A model generated the notes under the pieces. The model searched no databases. It was given only the letters and a program-made list of their open reading frames with translations, and was not told the DNA's origin. Positions 45,003-54,984 of a stretch of DNA of 64,000 nucleotides are shown piece by piece. How positions within the stretch are numbered: the first letter of the stretch is position 1; each line of letters begins with the position of its first letter. The stretch covers positions 1,202 through 65,201 of the IMG/VR virus record IMGVR_UViG_3300027870_000002; one strand, 5' to 3'. A program made the position numbers and the translations under genes. This DNA comes from a virus (taxonomy: Duplodnaviria > Caudoviricetes).

Positions 45003-46004
45003 ATGGACACTTTTGTCACTTATGGTGATATTTCTCCTCGCGTTGGTATCCATGCGGTAGCTAAAATGCTAGACCGCATCGAGCCGATTCTCGTTCTGGA
45101 GAAGTATGCTCTTGTCACTCCGCTGCCTAAGAATGTGGGCGAAGTGATTAAATGGCGCCGTGTGCGTCCGCTTGTTGTTTCGACCCAGACCATCACCGAA
45201 GGTGTTACTCCGCCACCGGAGCAGCTGGTTTATGAAGACGTCACCACTGTCATTGCGCAGTTTGGTGGATGGATTCAGTACACTGATAAGATTGCAGACT
45301 TGCATGAAGATAAGGTGCTGGACGATTGCATGACCGTTCTTGCGGATCAGGCTGCGTCCACTAAGGAAGCTATCCTCTGGGGTATTCTCCGTGGCGGCAC
45401 CAACGTCTACTACGCAAACGGCATTGCGCGTACGGATGTGAATACCCCGATTGACCTAGACTTGGTTAATGCGGCGGTTAATTTCCTGAAGCGCAATCAT
45501 GGCAAGAAGATCACCACGCGTCTTGCGGCTGGTCCGAATATTGCCACTGAGCCTGTCAATTCGAGCTATGTGGGCTTCTCGCACATCGACCTCGAAACTG
45601 ACATCCGCAACATGGATAGCTTTGTCCCTGTCGAGAAGTATGGCAGCGGCACTCCTATTGATGGCGAGTGGGAAATTGGCAAGGTGAATGAAGTTCGCTT
45701 CATCCTGTCGCCGCAGCTGTCTGCCTTCGCAGATGCTGGTGGTACTGCAGGCTCAATGCGCTCTACTTCCGGCACCAGCGCCGACGTCTACCCTGTCGTA
45801 ATCGTTGCCAAGAACGCGTACGGTACTGTTCCTCTGAAGGGTGTGTCCGCAGTCGAAATGGCTGTGACCAATCCTAAGATGGGCACGCCGGGCGATGCCA
45901 TGGGCCAGCGCGGCAGTGTTTCGTGGAAGATTTACTATCAGGCTGTTCGCCTTGCGGAACAGTGGATGGTTCGTCTCGAAGTTGCAGCAACGGCACTTGG
46001 CTAA
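45003..46004 (+). CDS. Major capsid protein (N4 gp56-like)
   Basis: YGDISPR, LPKN, ITEGVTP, EIGKVNEVRFI, DAMGQRGSVSWK. Confidence 0.93.
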   Translation: MDTFVTYGDISPRVGIHAVAKMLDRIEPILVLEKYALVTPLPKNVGEVIKWRRVRPLVVSTQTITEGVTPPPEQLVYEDVTTVIAQFGGWIQYTDKIADLHEDKVLDDCMTVLADQAASTKEAILWGILRGGTNVYYANGIARTDVNTPIDLDLVNAAVNFLKRNHGKKITTRLAAGPNIATEPVNSSYVGFSHIDLETDIRNMDSFVPVEKYGSGTPIDGEWEIGKVNEVRFILSPQLSAFADAGGTAGSMRSTSGTSADVYPVVIVAKNAYGTVPLKGVSAVEMAVTNPKMGTPGDAMGQRGSVSWKIYYQAVRLAEQWMVRLEVAATALG

Positions 46005-46018
46005 TATAGGAGAATCAA

Positions 46019-46603
46019 ATGGCTAAGAACTTCAAAACTCGTACTTATCTTGCAAACTCACGCCTTCGTCCAGCGGAACAGAACGAAGCTGCAGAATGCA
46101 CGCTGACCTATACGTTCAAGGATGGTGTTAATCCGACTAGTGGAGATAAAATCTACTTTGGTAAGATTGGCGAGAACGTCGTTATTACGCAGTTCCAGCT
46201 CACGCTGGACAAGTTTGACTCGAACGCCTCAGCGGCGCTCGCGGGCAAGCTTGGCACTACGGCAAGCGATGCTTGTCTGCTTGCGGCTGCGACAGTGCTT
46301 CAGACCAACACCACGGGCGCAAAGAACTTTGCTCGTGTTGATGGAGAGGCGACGGCAATTGACAGCTTTGCTGTTACGCCGTATGCTCCACAGTCCACGG
46401 TGCAGGACCTCATCCTGACGTTCTCCGCTAACGCGGGAACGGCGTATACTACGGGCAACCGCAGTATTTCGCTCCGCGTGAAGTACCAGTATGCGTATCC
46501 GGGTACCACTCTGCTTGGTGTGTCTGCTTCCAACTATCCGTTCTCGGGTAGCAAGGTTGAAGGCGAGCCGGTCATTGAGGATTACAACGGTAACGCGCCG
46601 TAA
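46019..46603 (+). CDS. Virion structural/decoration protein
   Basis: Co-transcribed with capsid gene, beta-rich. Confidence 0.65.
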   Translation: MAKNFKTRTYLANSRLRPAEQNEAAECTLTYTFKDGVNPTSGDKIYFGKIGENVVITQFQLTLDKFDSNASAALAGKLGTTASDACLLAAATVLQTNTTGAKNFARVDGEATAIDSFAVTPYAPQSTVQDLILTFSANAGTAYTTGNRSISLRVKYQYAYPGTTLLGVSASNYPFSGSKVEGEPVIEDYNGNAP

Positions 46604-46640
46604 GGCAAATGCAAGGCAATTAGCAACAATCACCAAGGAA

Positions 46641-46668
46641 AGGGCTCTCAGCAATGGGAGCCCTCTTC
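46641..46668 (+). terminator. Hairpin terminator after capsid operon
   Basis: AGGGCTCTC-AGCAAT-GGGAGCCCT then CTT. Confidence 0.55.
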
Positions 46669-46686
46669 CCGAAGAAGAGGCTAAAC

Positions 46687-47298
46687 ATGAGTGTTATTTT
46701 AAAAGAACTGCGTGAACAGCTTGAAATTCTCCCCATTGGAGAATTGCGTCAGAAGGCAAGTAAGCATTTTGGTATGCGCCTATCGCGTGATGATACTAAA
46801 GAAGACATTATCAATCGCATAGTTGGTGCAGCATCAAAGCAGAACTTCGCCCGAGAAGTGGCTTCGGCAGATGTTTTGCCTGAGCCGGGTTGGACACGTA
46901 TTCGAGTGCACCCTGTTCCACAGCGATCTACTTTCCCGTTCTTCGCTGCTATCAATGGCGTTTCCATCTTCATTCCTTTCAGTGTCGATGTAGACGTCCC
47001 CACTAAGTTTATTGCCATGCTCCGTAACGCTCAGGAAATGGGCATCAGTACGGACGACTTTGGTAATAAGACGGAACAGCTGCAGGATAGTTATCCATTC
47101 TCTCTAATCCATACGACGCCGGGACCTGACCCGCGGCCGGGTGGCGAAAAGCAGAGAGAACGAAAGATTGCTGCTAAGAAGCTATTTGAGGAAGAGCACG
47201 GCTATTGGCCGAAGGACTCCGAAGTTAAGGAACTCCGCCAAGAGATTGCGCGAGCCAAGCTTCTAAAGAGCATCATGCAGACCGAGGATGGGGCGTAA
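46687..47298 (+). CDS. N4 gp55-like protein with Rho-N-like helix pair
   Basis: ELRQKA...TKEDIINRI; INGVSIFIP. Confidence 0.55.
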   Translation: MSVILKELREQLEILPIGELRQKASKHFGMRLSRDDTKEDIINRIVGAASKQNFAREVASADVLPEPGWTRIRVHPVPQRSTFPFFAAINGVSIFIPFSVDVDVPTKFIAMLRNAQEMGISTDDFGNKTEQLQDSYPFSLIHTTPGPDPRPGGEKQRERKIAAKKLFEEEHGYWPKDSEVKELRQEIARAKLLKSIMQTEDGA

Positions 47299-47325
47299 GC
47301 CCCGTTCTTCTTACAGGAATAAAGA

Positions 47326-49149
47326 ATGGCCCAGACTACCAAAACATATCTAGAACTAGTCAATGACACTATCGACGAATCTGGAGAAGAACTAACTCTC
47401 TTCCGGGAAGATGGGTCAGACTTTGCTACTAATAGCGAAGCTATGAAAAACCGCTTTAAGAAGTGGGTTAAGCGCGCGTGGCTTGATATTCAGGAAGACG
47501 CTAATGATTGGCAGTGGCTTAACGAAACTGCCGTTGTTAACATCACTCCGGGGATCATGTTCTATTCACCTTCCCCTATTACTGCGGGCACTGCTAATAT
47601 AAACCCTGCGGCGCTGATTGACGTTGATGACTCCACACAAGTGAGCGGTCTTAATGTCAGTAGCGTACAGGTCGTTAGTTCCCAATATCCCAATGAGCAG
47701 TTTACTGGACAGCGTGGGCATTACTTGGGTTATATGGATTTGCTTTATGATGATTATAGCTACACCAACCAGCATGTGCTGGACTTCGGCCTTAAGGCTG
47801 GCGGTGAGCGCCTGACACGCGAAGGTAATGGTCGCGTAAGTTTTATTGTAACCACGTCTAGCAGCGCTGCTCATACAGCAGCCGGCTTTATGGACGTAGG
47901 CGATGTTGTGAGCTCTGTCACTATAACCAACAACCAGACTACTGTGAGCAACACGTACACACTTATTAGCGGCAGAATTGATAGCAAGGAAGTTACTGAC
48001 GAGGGATTTGTCACCTTAAAAGTTTCTTACGCCAGTGTATTTGGCAGCTTCTTCGCCAAGCTTATTGAGCATGCTGAAGCGTCCGTATCAGAATTTGATG
48101 TGTCATTTAGTCTGGACGTCGCCACTTCTGAAGGCTCAAAAACTATATCTGGTACCATCCGCTTTGATGACATTGGCAATCAGTTTGTGACGACAGGTTC
48201 TATCACCCCTGTAGATTACAAGGTAGACTTCAGTGGCTTTATCACTGCAGGCAACGGCGTGTCTATTGGGGATAGTTTGGTGGACATACGCTACTCCACT
48301 ACACATCTGGGTGATACAATCTCTGTCAATACGGCATCGGTAATGGTAGTTACGGATATGTTTCCGAGCACTACTAGTGGAGCCCTGTCTCTGAGTGTTA
48401 TCGAGGATTCTGGTATCGGCACACAAATTAACGCAGACAATAGTGAAACTACTAAGTGCTGGTCACTATGGTCGGCACTGCTATGTGCGGCTGCACCTGT
48501 TTGCCAAGCGAATCTTCCGGGTATACTGGCTTATAAAGATGCCACGGCTGGTGTAACTATTGGCCTGTATAATGTAGCAACGTCCACTGTCTTAACTACG
48601 TTCTCTTTTACCTATCAGACGCCATACAACTACATCAATTATGTGCACAGTTGGAAGAGCTACGATTGGTCAGAAGAGACGGCCACGGATGATTTTGTCA
48701 AGTCCATACGCCAGATAGACCAGTCTACTTTCCGTATTATTAACCACGAAGACCCTACTCCTCCGGGTGAGCGTGCGCTTTCATATGTACCGTGGGGCGT
48801 GTTCCAGTCGCGTTACGACTACGCAAGCGCTATTCCAAACAGGCCGCGCATTATAACGGAAGACAACATGGGGCGCTGGAGATTTTATCCTCCTGTTGAT
48901 AAGCCTTATACGATTGAATTTAACTACATACGTGGCAGCCAGAAGTTGGAAAATGCCAATGATGTTCCGAGAGGAATGCCTGATGAGTATGTAGACATGA
49001 TTATGTGGAAGGCTCTGACATACTATGGTGAGTATGATGAGCAGCCCGCGGTTGCTTCGCGTGCCAACAAAAACTACAAGAACATCTTGCTAACTATTCA
49101 GCAAGAACTTCGCAATCCCTTTTACTTCCGTCCGGCACCTCTGTACTGA
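47326..49149 (+). CDS. Head-tail adaptor with large beta-rich insertion
   Basis: TYLELVN...WVKRAW..IQ..WQWL and FYPPVDKPY...P.GMPDEY..MIMWKAL..Y termini. Confidence 0.7.
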   Translation: MAQTTKTYLELVNDTIDESGEELTLFREDGSDFATNSEAMKNRFKKWVKRAWLDIQEDANDWQWLNETAVVNITPGIMFYSPSPITAGTANINPAALIDVDDSTQVSGLNVSSVQVVSSQYPNEQFTGQRGHYLGYMDLLYDDYSYTNQHVLDFGLKAGGERLTREGNGRVSFIVTTSSSAAHTAAGFMDVGDVVSSVTITNNQTTVSNTYTLISGRIDSKEVTDEGFVTLKVSYASVFGSFFAKLIEHAEASVSEFDVSFSLDVATSEGSKTISGTIRFDDIGNQFVTTGSITPVDYKVDFSGFITAGNGVSIGDSLVDIRYSTTHLGDTISVNTASVMVVTDMFPSTTSGALSLSVIEDSGIGTQINADNSETTKCWSLWSALLCAAAPVCQANLPGILAYKDATAGVTIGLYNVATSTVLTTFSFTYQTPYNYINYVHSWKSYDWSEETATDDFVKSIRQIDQSTFRIINHEDPTPPGERALSYVPWGVFQSRYDYASAIPNRPRIITEDNMGRWRFYPPVDKPYTIEFNYIRGSQKLENANDVPRGMPDEYVDMIMWKALTYYGEYDEQPAVASRANKNYKNILLTIQQELRNPFYFRPAPLY

Positions 49150-52100
49150 TGACGACATATAGCCAATACCAGCCCACAGCTATCGCCCTAGACAGTGGAC
49201 TAGATTTCATTACGCCTAAGGTTGTAGTTAATGGCGGAAGTCTCAGTGGCTGTTTTAATTTTGAGCGTACGGATAGGAATGGGTACTCTCGCATTTACGG
49301 ATATGAGCCATATGATGGGAGTGCTAATGCATCTCTAGCATACACCAACTCTGTGTACTTAACACACGCAGTTCCTACGCACGCGCCTCTAGCATTGGAG
49401 GCGTTGCGCATTGCTGGACGTGAAAAGATTTTAGGTATTGTAGTTAGCACGACTTCTACTAAATCGCTAATCATCGTGTATGATTTTGACGAGTGGAGAC
49501 TAGTGCTGACAGCCGTTAACGCTGGTAACACTATTTCACTGGAAGTTCCGAGCACCAATAGAGCAATCACTGTTTCTGCTATCGTGTCCTTTGAAGAAGG
49601 CTATACACCCACTGGTGATGCCAAGGCGCTGACACTCGCAAAAAATACCTACTACAAACAGATGGCCGCGAACGTCACTTATCCCGGCGCTGCTATCAAT
49701 CCGATTATTGGCCTTCACGGCTTTAAGGACGATTTGTATGCTGTCAAAGATTTGCAGATGGTATATTTCAATTCTAGCACAACAGATCAAATTTATCCAA
49801 ATGTTTATACTACTAGCCTAGACCCTGCGAACGAGCCTTTTTACATTGCTAATGTGCGCTTGCTACATGGTGACTGGGCTACTTCGGATGCTGAAGGCAT
49901 CTTGGAGATTATTACACTAGCGGGCATACTCCCATCTAATGGCGCATATAGCGCGGATGGCGCAGCTTTCACTTTAGTAGATATGCCTGCGGATCAGCAT
50001 GTAACAAATGCTGGCTTGTGGAAAACTACGTCTTTCCTAGACACTCCCTATACTGGAGGCTGGGAAGATGTGCATTTGGGGTTTGAAATTAATTTTGAAG
50101 ACGGCACTGCATATGGCCCGTTTCGGGCCGCTCGTCGTGGAAAGTTTTCCAACTTTACCACAGACGTAGCTACAGCGGATGGTCACGGAACCACAGGCTC
50201 CACAACTAATGCCTCTGGCACTGGCGGGCAAGTTACTGGCACATGGTCCATCACTCCTGCTGGTAATGTCCCTGCGTCTGTAAACAATGAGACTGGCACT
50301 GTCAATCGTGCTAAGTGCACTCTCACAGGCACTGTTGCTCCTGTAAATATTCCACACATTGATTTAGGTGCATTAGATATTCCTGACATCTCCAGCATAG
50401 CTGGAGCAGAAGTCAGGGGCGTAGAGGTTGTTATACGCCGCGTCAATCGAGCCGTGCCCAGCTTTTCTGGATACTTGTCTGTTGCAGCTCATTTGCAAAC
50501 AAGTGGTACAGACATTACAGGCGCGTCAGTGTACGAACTTGAAATTCCTCCAAACGATTTTAATGGCACCACTGTATTTGGTGGTCCAGAGGATTTGTGG
50601 GGGCTTGATGCTGCGGGCATGAAGGCGGTTCTCGATCCTAGTACGCTAGGTTTACGCATGGATGTCACTATGCAGCCGTCTAGCAGCGGTAGTTCCAACA
50701 CCAATGTGCTGGAGTTATATGACGTTAAAGTGCGTGTATACTTCACACAGCAGGTTACGCAATACTACTTCTATGACGGAGTGGATGACGTCACCGCTGA
50801 TGTAACCTACGCTTTTGTCACCAGCACAGATGACAATGCTTGGGAAGAAGGTGCATCAGGTACGTTGCAAGTAACAAACATACAGCCTCATGGTGCAGCA
50901 ACACGCACTTACATTAAGGACGGCGATCAGGTGTGGACGGGTCCTCTGGGCACCGGATTGCAAATTGCCACAATGTCGTCTGAGATGGTTTACAATGGCC
51001 TAGATACACTAGCAGAGCTAGAGGAAGCTTCCAGCCGTTATTCTTTCATCAACTCCAATTTCTTTGCTGATGAGGATTTTGAGGGGATGTACGGCGTGTC
51101 GGGAGCTGGCAGAGCCTTTGCTTATGACGGCTTCTATTTCACTCGTATATTCACACAGTCGGATGCTACTAAAGATAAGCCTAGGCATATAGCAAGTCAC
51201 CAGTTTCATCTGGCTCTTGGCTATAGAGCTGGTGCAGTGTTACTCTCTGTAACTGGTAATCCACTAGATTTTCTCGGGCTAGACGGTGGTGTAGAGATTG
51301 ACACAGGCGATCCTGTAACGGGCTTTGCCCGCATGCAGGGCACTACGCTGGGCATTTTTTGTAAAGATAGCATTCAGGGACTAGTGGGCACTAGTGCAGA
51401 TAACTTTGCACTTAACATGCTCAATCCGTACGAGGGGGCTATTGAATTTACTGTCGGCGATATTGGCCGACCTGTCTACTGTTCGTATAGAGGTATTTCC
51501 TTCTTCGAGCAGTCGGCTGCTTATGGCGACTTTGAGGGACAGCGCTTATCCTATATGATTAGTCCGTGGCTACTGCCGCGCCTATCCGGTGCTACCAATC
51601 CTCTGGGAGTAGCAAATGCCACAGCAGGCCCAACTACGGCCTATGTGGTGCGCTCTAAGAATCAGTATCGTCTACAGTTTGGAGATGGTTACCGTCTGAC
51701 AATGACGCTGGTTGGACCAGAGCAGCAGCCTATGTTCACTATTCAAGCTGATAGCTTGTATGATGAGGATGGTCTGTTTTTGGGGTATTTCACGCCTAGA
51801 GCAGAGACCAGCTTTGTGGACAGCGTTGGTAAAGAACATATCTACCTGTCACATTATTCCGAATCTGTACCGCTCGATGAGTATTACGCCTACGAAATGG
51901 AAAAGAGTTGGACATATAATGGTGTTGGTATTCCGGCGTACATCATCAGTAATGAGAACTTCTTGGGCACGCCTTACAACTACGACAATCCACGCAAGAT
52001 ACGACTGCATGGGCTATCGTTAGGGTATGCGCCTATCAAGGTTAGAGTTGATAAAGACTACAATAAAAACAACCTACTTTACACGACAGATAGAGAGTCT

Positions 52101-52334
52101 GTTCCAACAAGTTTGCCCATTGAGCCAGCGGAAACGCTGTCTTACGACTATAACCCCGTAACTAGTATGGCGCAGATTGCTGCTAGAGGAAGAAGCTTCT
52201 CTATGCGATTTATGTCATACGATCCAGACAATCAGCCAGCATACATCACTGATCCTGTTTATGCTGACGTGTGCCCACCATTTGTGTTGCAGGCGTTAAT
52301 GCTTCAGTACACAGAGAATAAAGGAGACGAGTAA
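49149..52334 (+). CDS. Tail nozzle/tube protein (P22 gp10-like)
   Basis: GLDFITP...GYSRIYGYEPYDG; beta-propeller-like; KNQYRL. Confidence 0.7.
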   Translation: MTTYSQYQPTAIALDSGLDFITPKVVVNGGSLSGCFNFERTDRNGYSRIYGYEPYDGSANASLAYTNSVYLTHAVPTHAPLALEALRIAGREKILGIVVSTTSTKSLIIVYDFDEWRLVLTAVNAGNTISLEVPSTNRAITVSAIVSFEEGYTPTGDAKALTLAKNTYYKQMAANVTYPGAAINPIIGLHGFKDDLYAVKDLQMVYFNSSTTDQIYPNVYTTSLDPANEPFYIANVRLLHGDWATSDAEGILEIITLAGILPSNGAYSADGAAFTLVDMPADQHVTNAGLWKTTSFLDTPYTGGWEDVHLGFEINFEDGTAYGPFRAARRGKFSNFTTDVATADGHGTTGSTTNASGTGGQVTGTWSITPAGNVPASVNNETGTVNRAKCTLTGTVAPVNIPHIDLGALDIPDISSIAGAEVRGVEVVIRRVNRAVPSFSGYLSVAAHLQTSGTDITGASVYELEIPPNDFNGTTVFGGPEDLWGLDAAGMKAVLDPSTLGLRMDVTMQPSSSGSSNTNVLELYDVKVRVYFTQQVTQYYFYDGVDDVTADVTYAFVTSTDDNAWEEGASGTLQVTNIQPHGAATRTYIKDGDQVWTGPLGTGLQIATMSSEMVYNGLDTLAELEEASSRYSFINSNFFADEDFEGMYGVSGAGRAFAYDGFYFTRIFTQSDATKDKPRHIASHQFHLALGYRAGAVLLSVTGNPLDFLGLDGGVEIDTGDPVTGFARMQGTTLGIFCKDSIQGLVGTSADNFALNMLNPYEGAIEFTVGDIGRPVYCSYRGISFFEQSAAYGDFEGQRLSYMISPWLLPRLSGATNPLGVANATAGPTTAYVVRSKNQYRLQFGDGYRLTMTLVGPEQQPMFTIQADSLYDEDGLFLGYFTPRAETSFVDSVGKEHIYLSHYSESVPLDEYYAYEMEKSWTYNGVGIPAYIISNENFLGTPYNYDNPRKIRLHGLSLGYAPIKVRVDKDYNKNNLLYTTDRESVPTSLPIEPAETLSYDYNPVTSMAQIAARGRSFSMRFMSYDPDNQPAYITDPVYADVCPPFVLQALMLQYTENKGDE

Positions 52335-53200
52335 TGCCTACTTCACCCCCAAATGATACCATTGGCCACGGTACGTACAACCAGTCGGGAACCTATTCCA
52401 CAGGCATAGGAAACTTCAACAACCTCCCGGCTGGCATTTCTAATGCTGGTGGTAACACTGGCAACAACGCATACACACGCGCTGTCATGCCGAACGAACT
52501 TGTCAGCAATCAGCTAAATGGATTGCTAGCAGGCAATAGCGCCTACATGCAGAACGCTCGTCGTTCTGGTATGGACATGGCCAATTCTAGGGGCCTACTG
52601 AATAGTAGCATGGCTGCTGGTAATTCACAGCTGGCTGCCATTAATGCTGGTATGCCTATTGCTCAGGCAGACGCGGGAGCGTATGGCGCGGCTGCTGGCC
52701 AAAATCTCAGTGCCCTTAACACCATCCTAGCTAATAGCCAAGACAATGCCACATCGGAACGCAACGCAGCTCAGGCTGCTGGTGCTAGTATATACAATGC
52801 TGACCAAGACTACCGCTTAGGTATGAACACTCTTGGCTACAATGGACAGCAAGCTGGCCTCAATCGTGGCTTCCAAGACTACATGGCGCAGCAGGGATAT
52901 AGGCAGCAAAATCAGCGCGACGCCTTCAATCTTGGCGGTAGCCTGCTTCTTGGTGACCAGAGTTTTACACATGGTATGTATGCTAACAATGCAGACAACC
53001 CGTTCGCTATCAATGATCCTGAGTCATTCCAAGGCTACATTGATTTTGCCAACCAGAACAGCGGATCATATTACGACAATCTATTCAATTACAGCACTAA
53101 CGGCGGACAGGCTGCTCCTAATTGGCAGGAGAATAGCCAATGGTATTCGTCTCCTAATTATCAACAGCAGCCCTATCCGGGCTATGGCGGAGGTCGCTAA
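52334..53200 (+). CDS. Ejection (internal virion) protein
   Basis: N/G/Q/A-rich; ANSRGLLNSSMAA. Confidence 0.7.
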   Translation: MPTSPPNDTIGHGTYNQSGTYSTGIGNFNNLPAGISNAGGNTGNNAYTRAVMPNELVSNQLNGLLAGNSAYMQNARRSGMDMANSRGLLNSSMAAGNSQLAAINAGMPIAQADAGAYGAAAGQNLSALNTILANSQDNATSERNAAQAAGASIYNADQDYRLGMNTLGYNGQQAGLNRGFQDYMAQQGYRQQNQRDAFNLGGSLLLGDQSFTHGMYANNADNPFAINDPESFQGYIDFANQNSGSYYDNLFNYSTNGGQAAPNWQENSQWYSSPNYQQQPYPGYGGGR

Positions 53201-53772
53201 TGGACGACTATGATTTCAGCTGGGGCACCAGTGACTATAGTGACAACTATAGCGACGACTACGGTAACTTTGGAGACGATAGCACATGGAATGCTTCTGA
53301 TCCATATGCCAATGCTGATTGGACGGGCTGGGATGGCAGTGATTATGGCGGCGATGCCTCGTCAGGCCCTACTGCAACTGGTTCTTCTAGCGGCGGGTTT
53401 GACTGGACCCGCTATCTGCTACAGGCAGGGGCGGGCTTTGCACAAGGCGCTATGGCCGGTAAGATGAGCAAAGAACAGATGCTCATGGCCGAGAAGCTTG
53501 CTGAGCAGCAATATGCATTTAAGAAAGCAGAAGATGAGAAGTATTATCAGGCTCATGGTAAGCAGCTCTCTGATGCTTATGGTAAATACAAGCAGTATTA
53601 CACTAAGCCGACAGATCATGGACCTAACAATCCTACCTCTCTATTTGGATTGCTAGCTCCAAAGACACCTGCTACGCAGGCTGTTAATGGTTATGCCTTC
53701 GATCCAGAAGGTGCCTATCCTAGTTCTTATGAAGGGCGCGGAGTTTTGGGAGTAAATCCATATGGCCGTTGA
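53200..53772 (+). CDS. Probable ejection protein
   Basis: D/Y/G/W low-complexity N-terminus, Gly-rich helix. Confidence 0.6.
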   Translation: MDDYDFSWGTSDYSDNYSDDYGNFGDDSTWNASDPYANADWTGWDGSDYGGDASSGPTATGSSSGGFDWTRYLLQAGAGFAQGAMAGKMSKEQMLMAEKLAEQQYAFKKAEDEKYYQAHGKQLSDAYGKYKQYYTKPTDHGPNNPTSLFGLLAPKTPATQAVNGYAFDPEGAYPSSYEGRGVLGVNPYGR

Positions 53773-54217
53773 GCACGACATTGAACTAGCTAAAAACCTC
53801 GTACTAGCGCCTATCCTGCACCACAAAGAGCAACTTGATAGGCTGGCTAAGTCTATGAGGGCAGCGGGGCCACGCGCTCCGCTCGTACTGGCTAAGGCCC
53901 TGACACAGGACTTTCTTCATGCCAAAAAGGCCCTCATAAAGAACAAGCTTCCAGTAGACCCGAAGGCGTGGATAGCTGAAGGCGGTGTATTTGACCAAGT
54001 GATTAAGGAAGTTTGCGAACTCCTGTCGGCTAAATTGGGTCAAAGCATACTAGATGGGCGCTTTATGGTAGCTGTTAAGGGGGCCCTAGTAAAGGCGCTA
54101 CACGCCGATGAGATGGCCTCCAAGAAGTCACCAGCACCTGCCCCCGAGGCTATGCCTCCGGCAGCCCCTATGGGCCCACAGGGCGCTCCTATGCCAGCAT
54201 TTGAGGGTATGCAATGA
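53762..54217 (+). CDS. Hypothetical virion-module protein
   Basis: ORF. Confidence 0.65.
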   Translation: MAVEHDIELAKNLVLAPILHHKEQLDRLAKSMRAAGPRAPLVLAKALTQDFLHAKKALIKNKLPVDPKAWIAEGGVFDQVIKEVCELLSAKLGQSILDGRFMVAVKGALVKALHADEMASKKSPAPAPEAMPPAAPMGPQGAPMPAFEGMQ

Positions 54218-54984
54218 ACATTGGACTATTAGGCGGATTGGCTGGAGCTTTCGGTTCCCTGAGCAAGGGGATTGACAGCTACTATGAGAAGAAGGACGAG
54301 CGCGAGGCTATGGAGCGTAAGCTCGAACTCACCAAGCGCCTACAGCTAGAAGTGTTGAAAGCTAAGCAGGAGTATGCCGAGAAGAATCCAGAATACAAGC
54401 ACTTTGTGCAGACGCCTTCTGGTGACATTATGGGCTTCTCCGAGTCGGGCGCAAGCCAGCGCTATCCGGGCACGCCTGAAGATAAACAAATCAACGCTGA
54501 TAAGGTGTCAGGACTCAATGCCTATCGTGAGCATAAGGTGGCTGTCGATCAGGCTATGCTCGATCCGAAGATTGGCCTTCTTGGCGCACAGACAACCAAG
54601 GCCCAAGCAGAGGCCGAGAGGGCTCTTCATCCGCAGCCAAAGGGCAAGCCTGCGCCTCCGCCAAATCTAAAGACGCCAGCACAGCTGATGAAGATTAAGG
54701 CAGACATGACTAAGCAGATGTTTGGCGCAGACGCCATTACAGATGGTGAGATTGCAGACATTAGAAGTAAGCCTACGCAGACGCCAGCTGATGCCCAAAT
54801 CTTACAACAGTATCAGGCACAGCAAGCTTCTCTAGCTGAGAAGATGGCATTTTATAAGCAGATGACTGCTGATGATGCTACAAAGTATGCGACGCCCGGC
54901 CTGTTAGCCCCTGCGGCTGCGGCGGCTGGTGCACCTGAAGATGCAGAACCTGACGGCTTCGATGACTTGATTCCACATCAATGA
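54214..54984 (+). CDS. Probable ejection protein
   Basis: GLLGGLAGAFG N-terminus, coiled coil. Confidence 0.65.
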   Translation: MNIGLLGGLAGAFGSLSKGIDSYYEKKDEREAMERKLELTKRLQLEVLKAKQEYAEKNPEYKHFVQTPSGDIMGFSESGASQRYPGTPEDKQINADKVSGLNAYREHKVAVDQAMLDPKIGLLGAQTTKAQAEAERALHPQPKGKPAPPPNLKTPAQLMKIKADMTKQMFGADAITDGEIADIRSKPTQTPADAQILQQYQAQQASLAEKMAFYKQMTADDATKYATPGLLAPAAAAAGAPEDAEPDGFDDLIPHQ

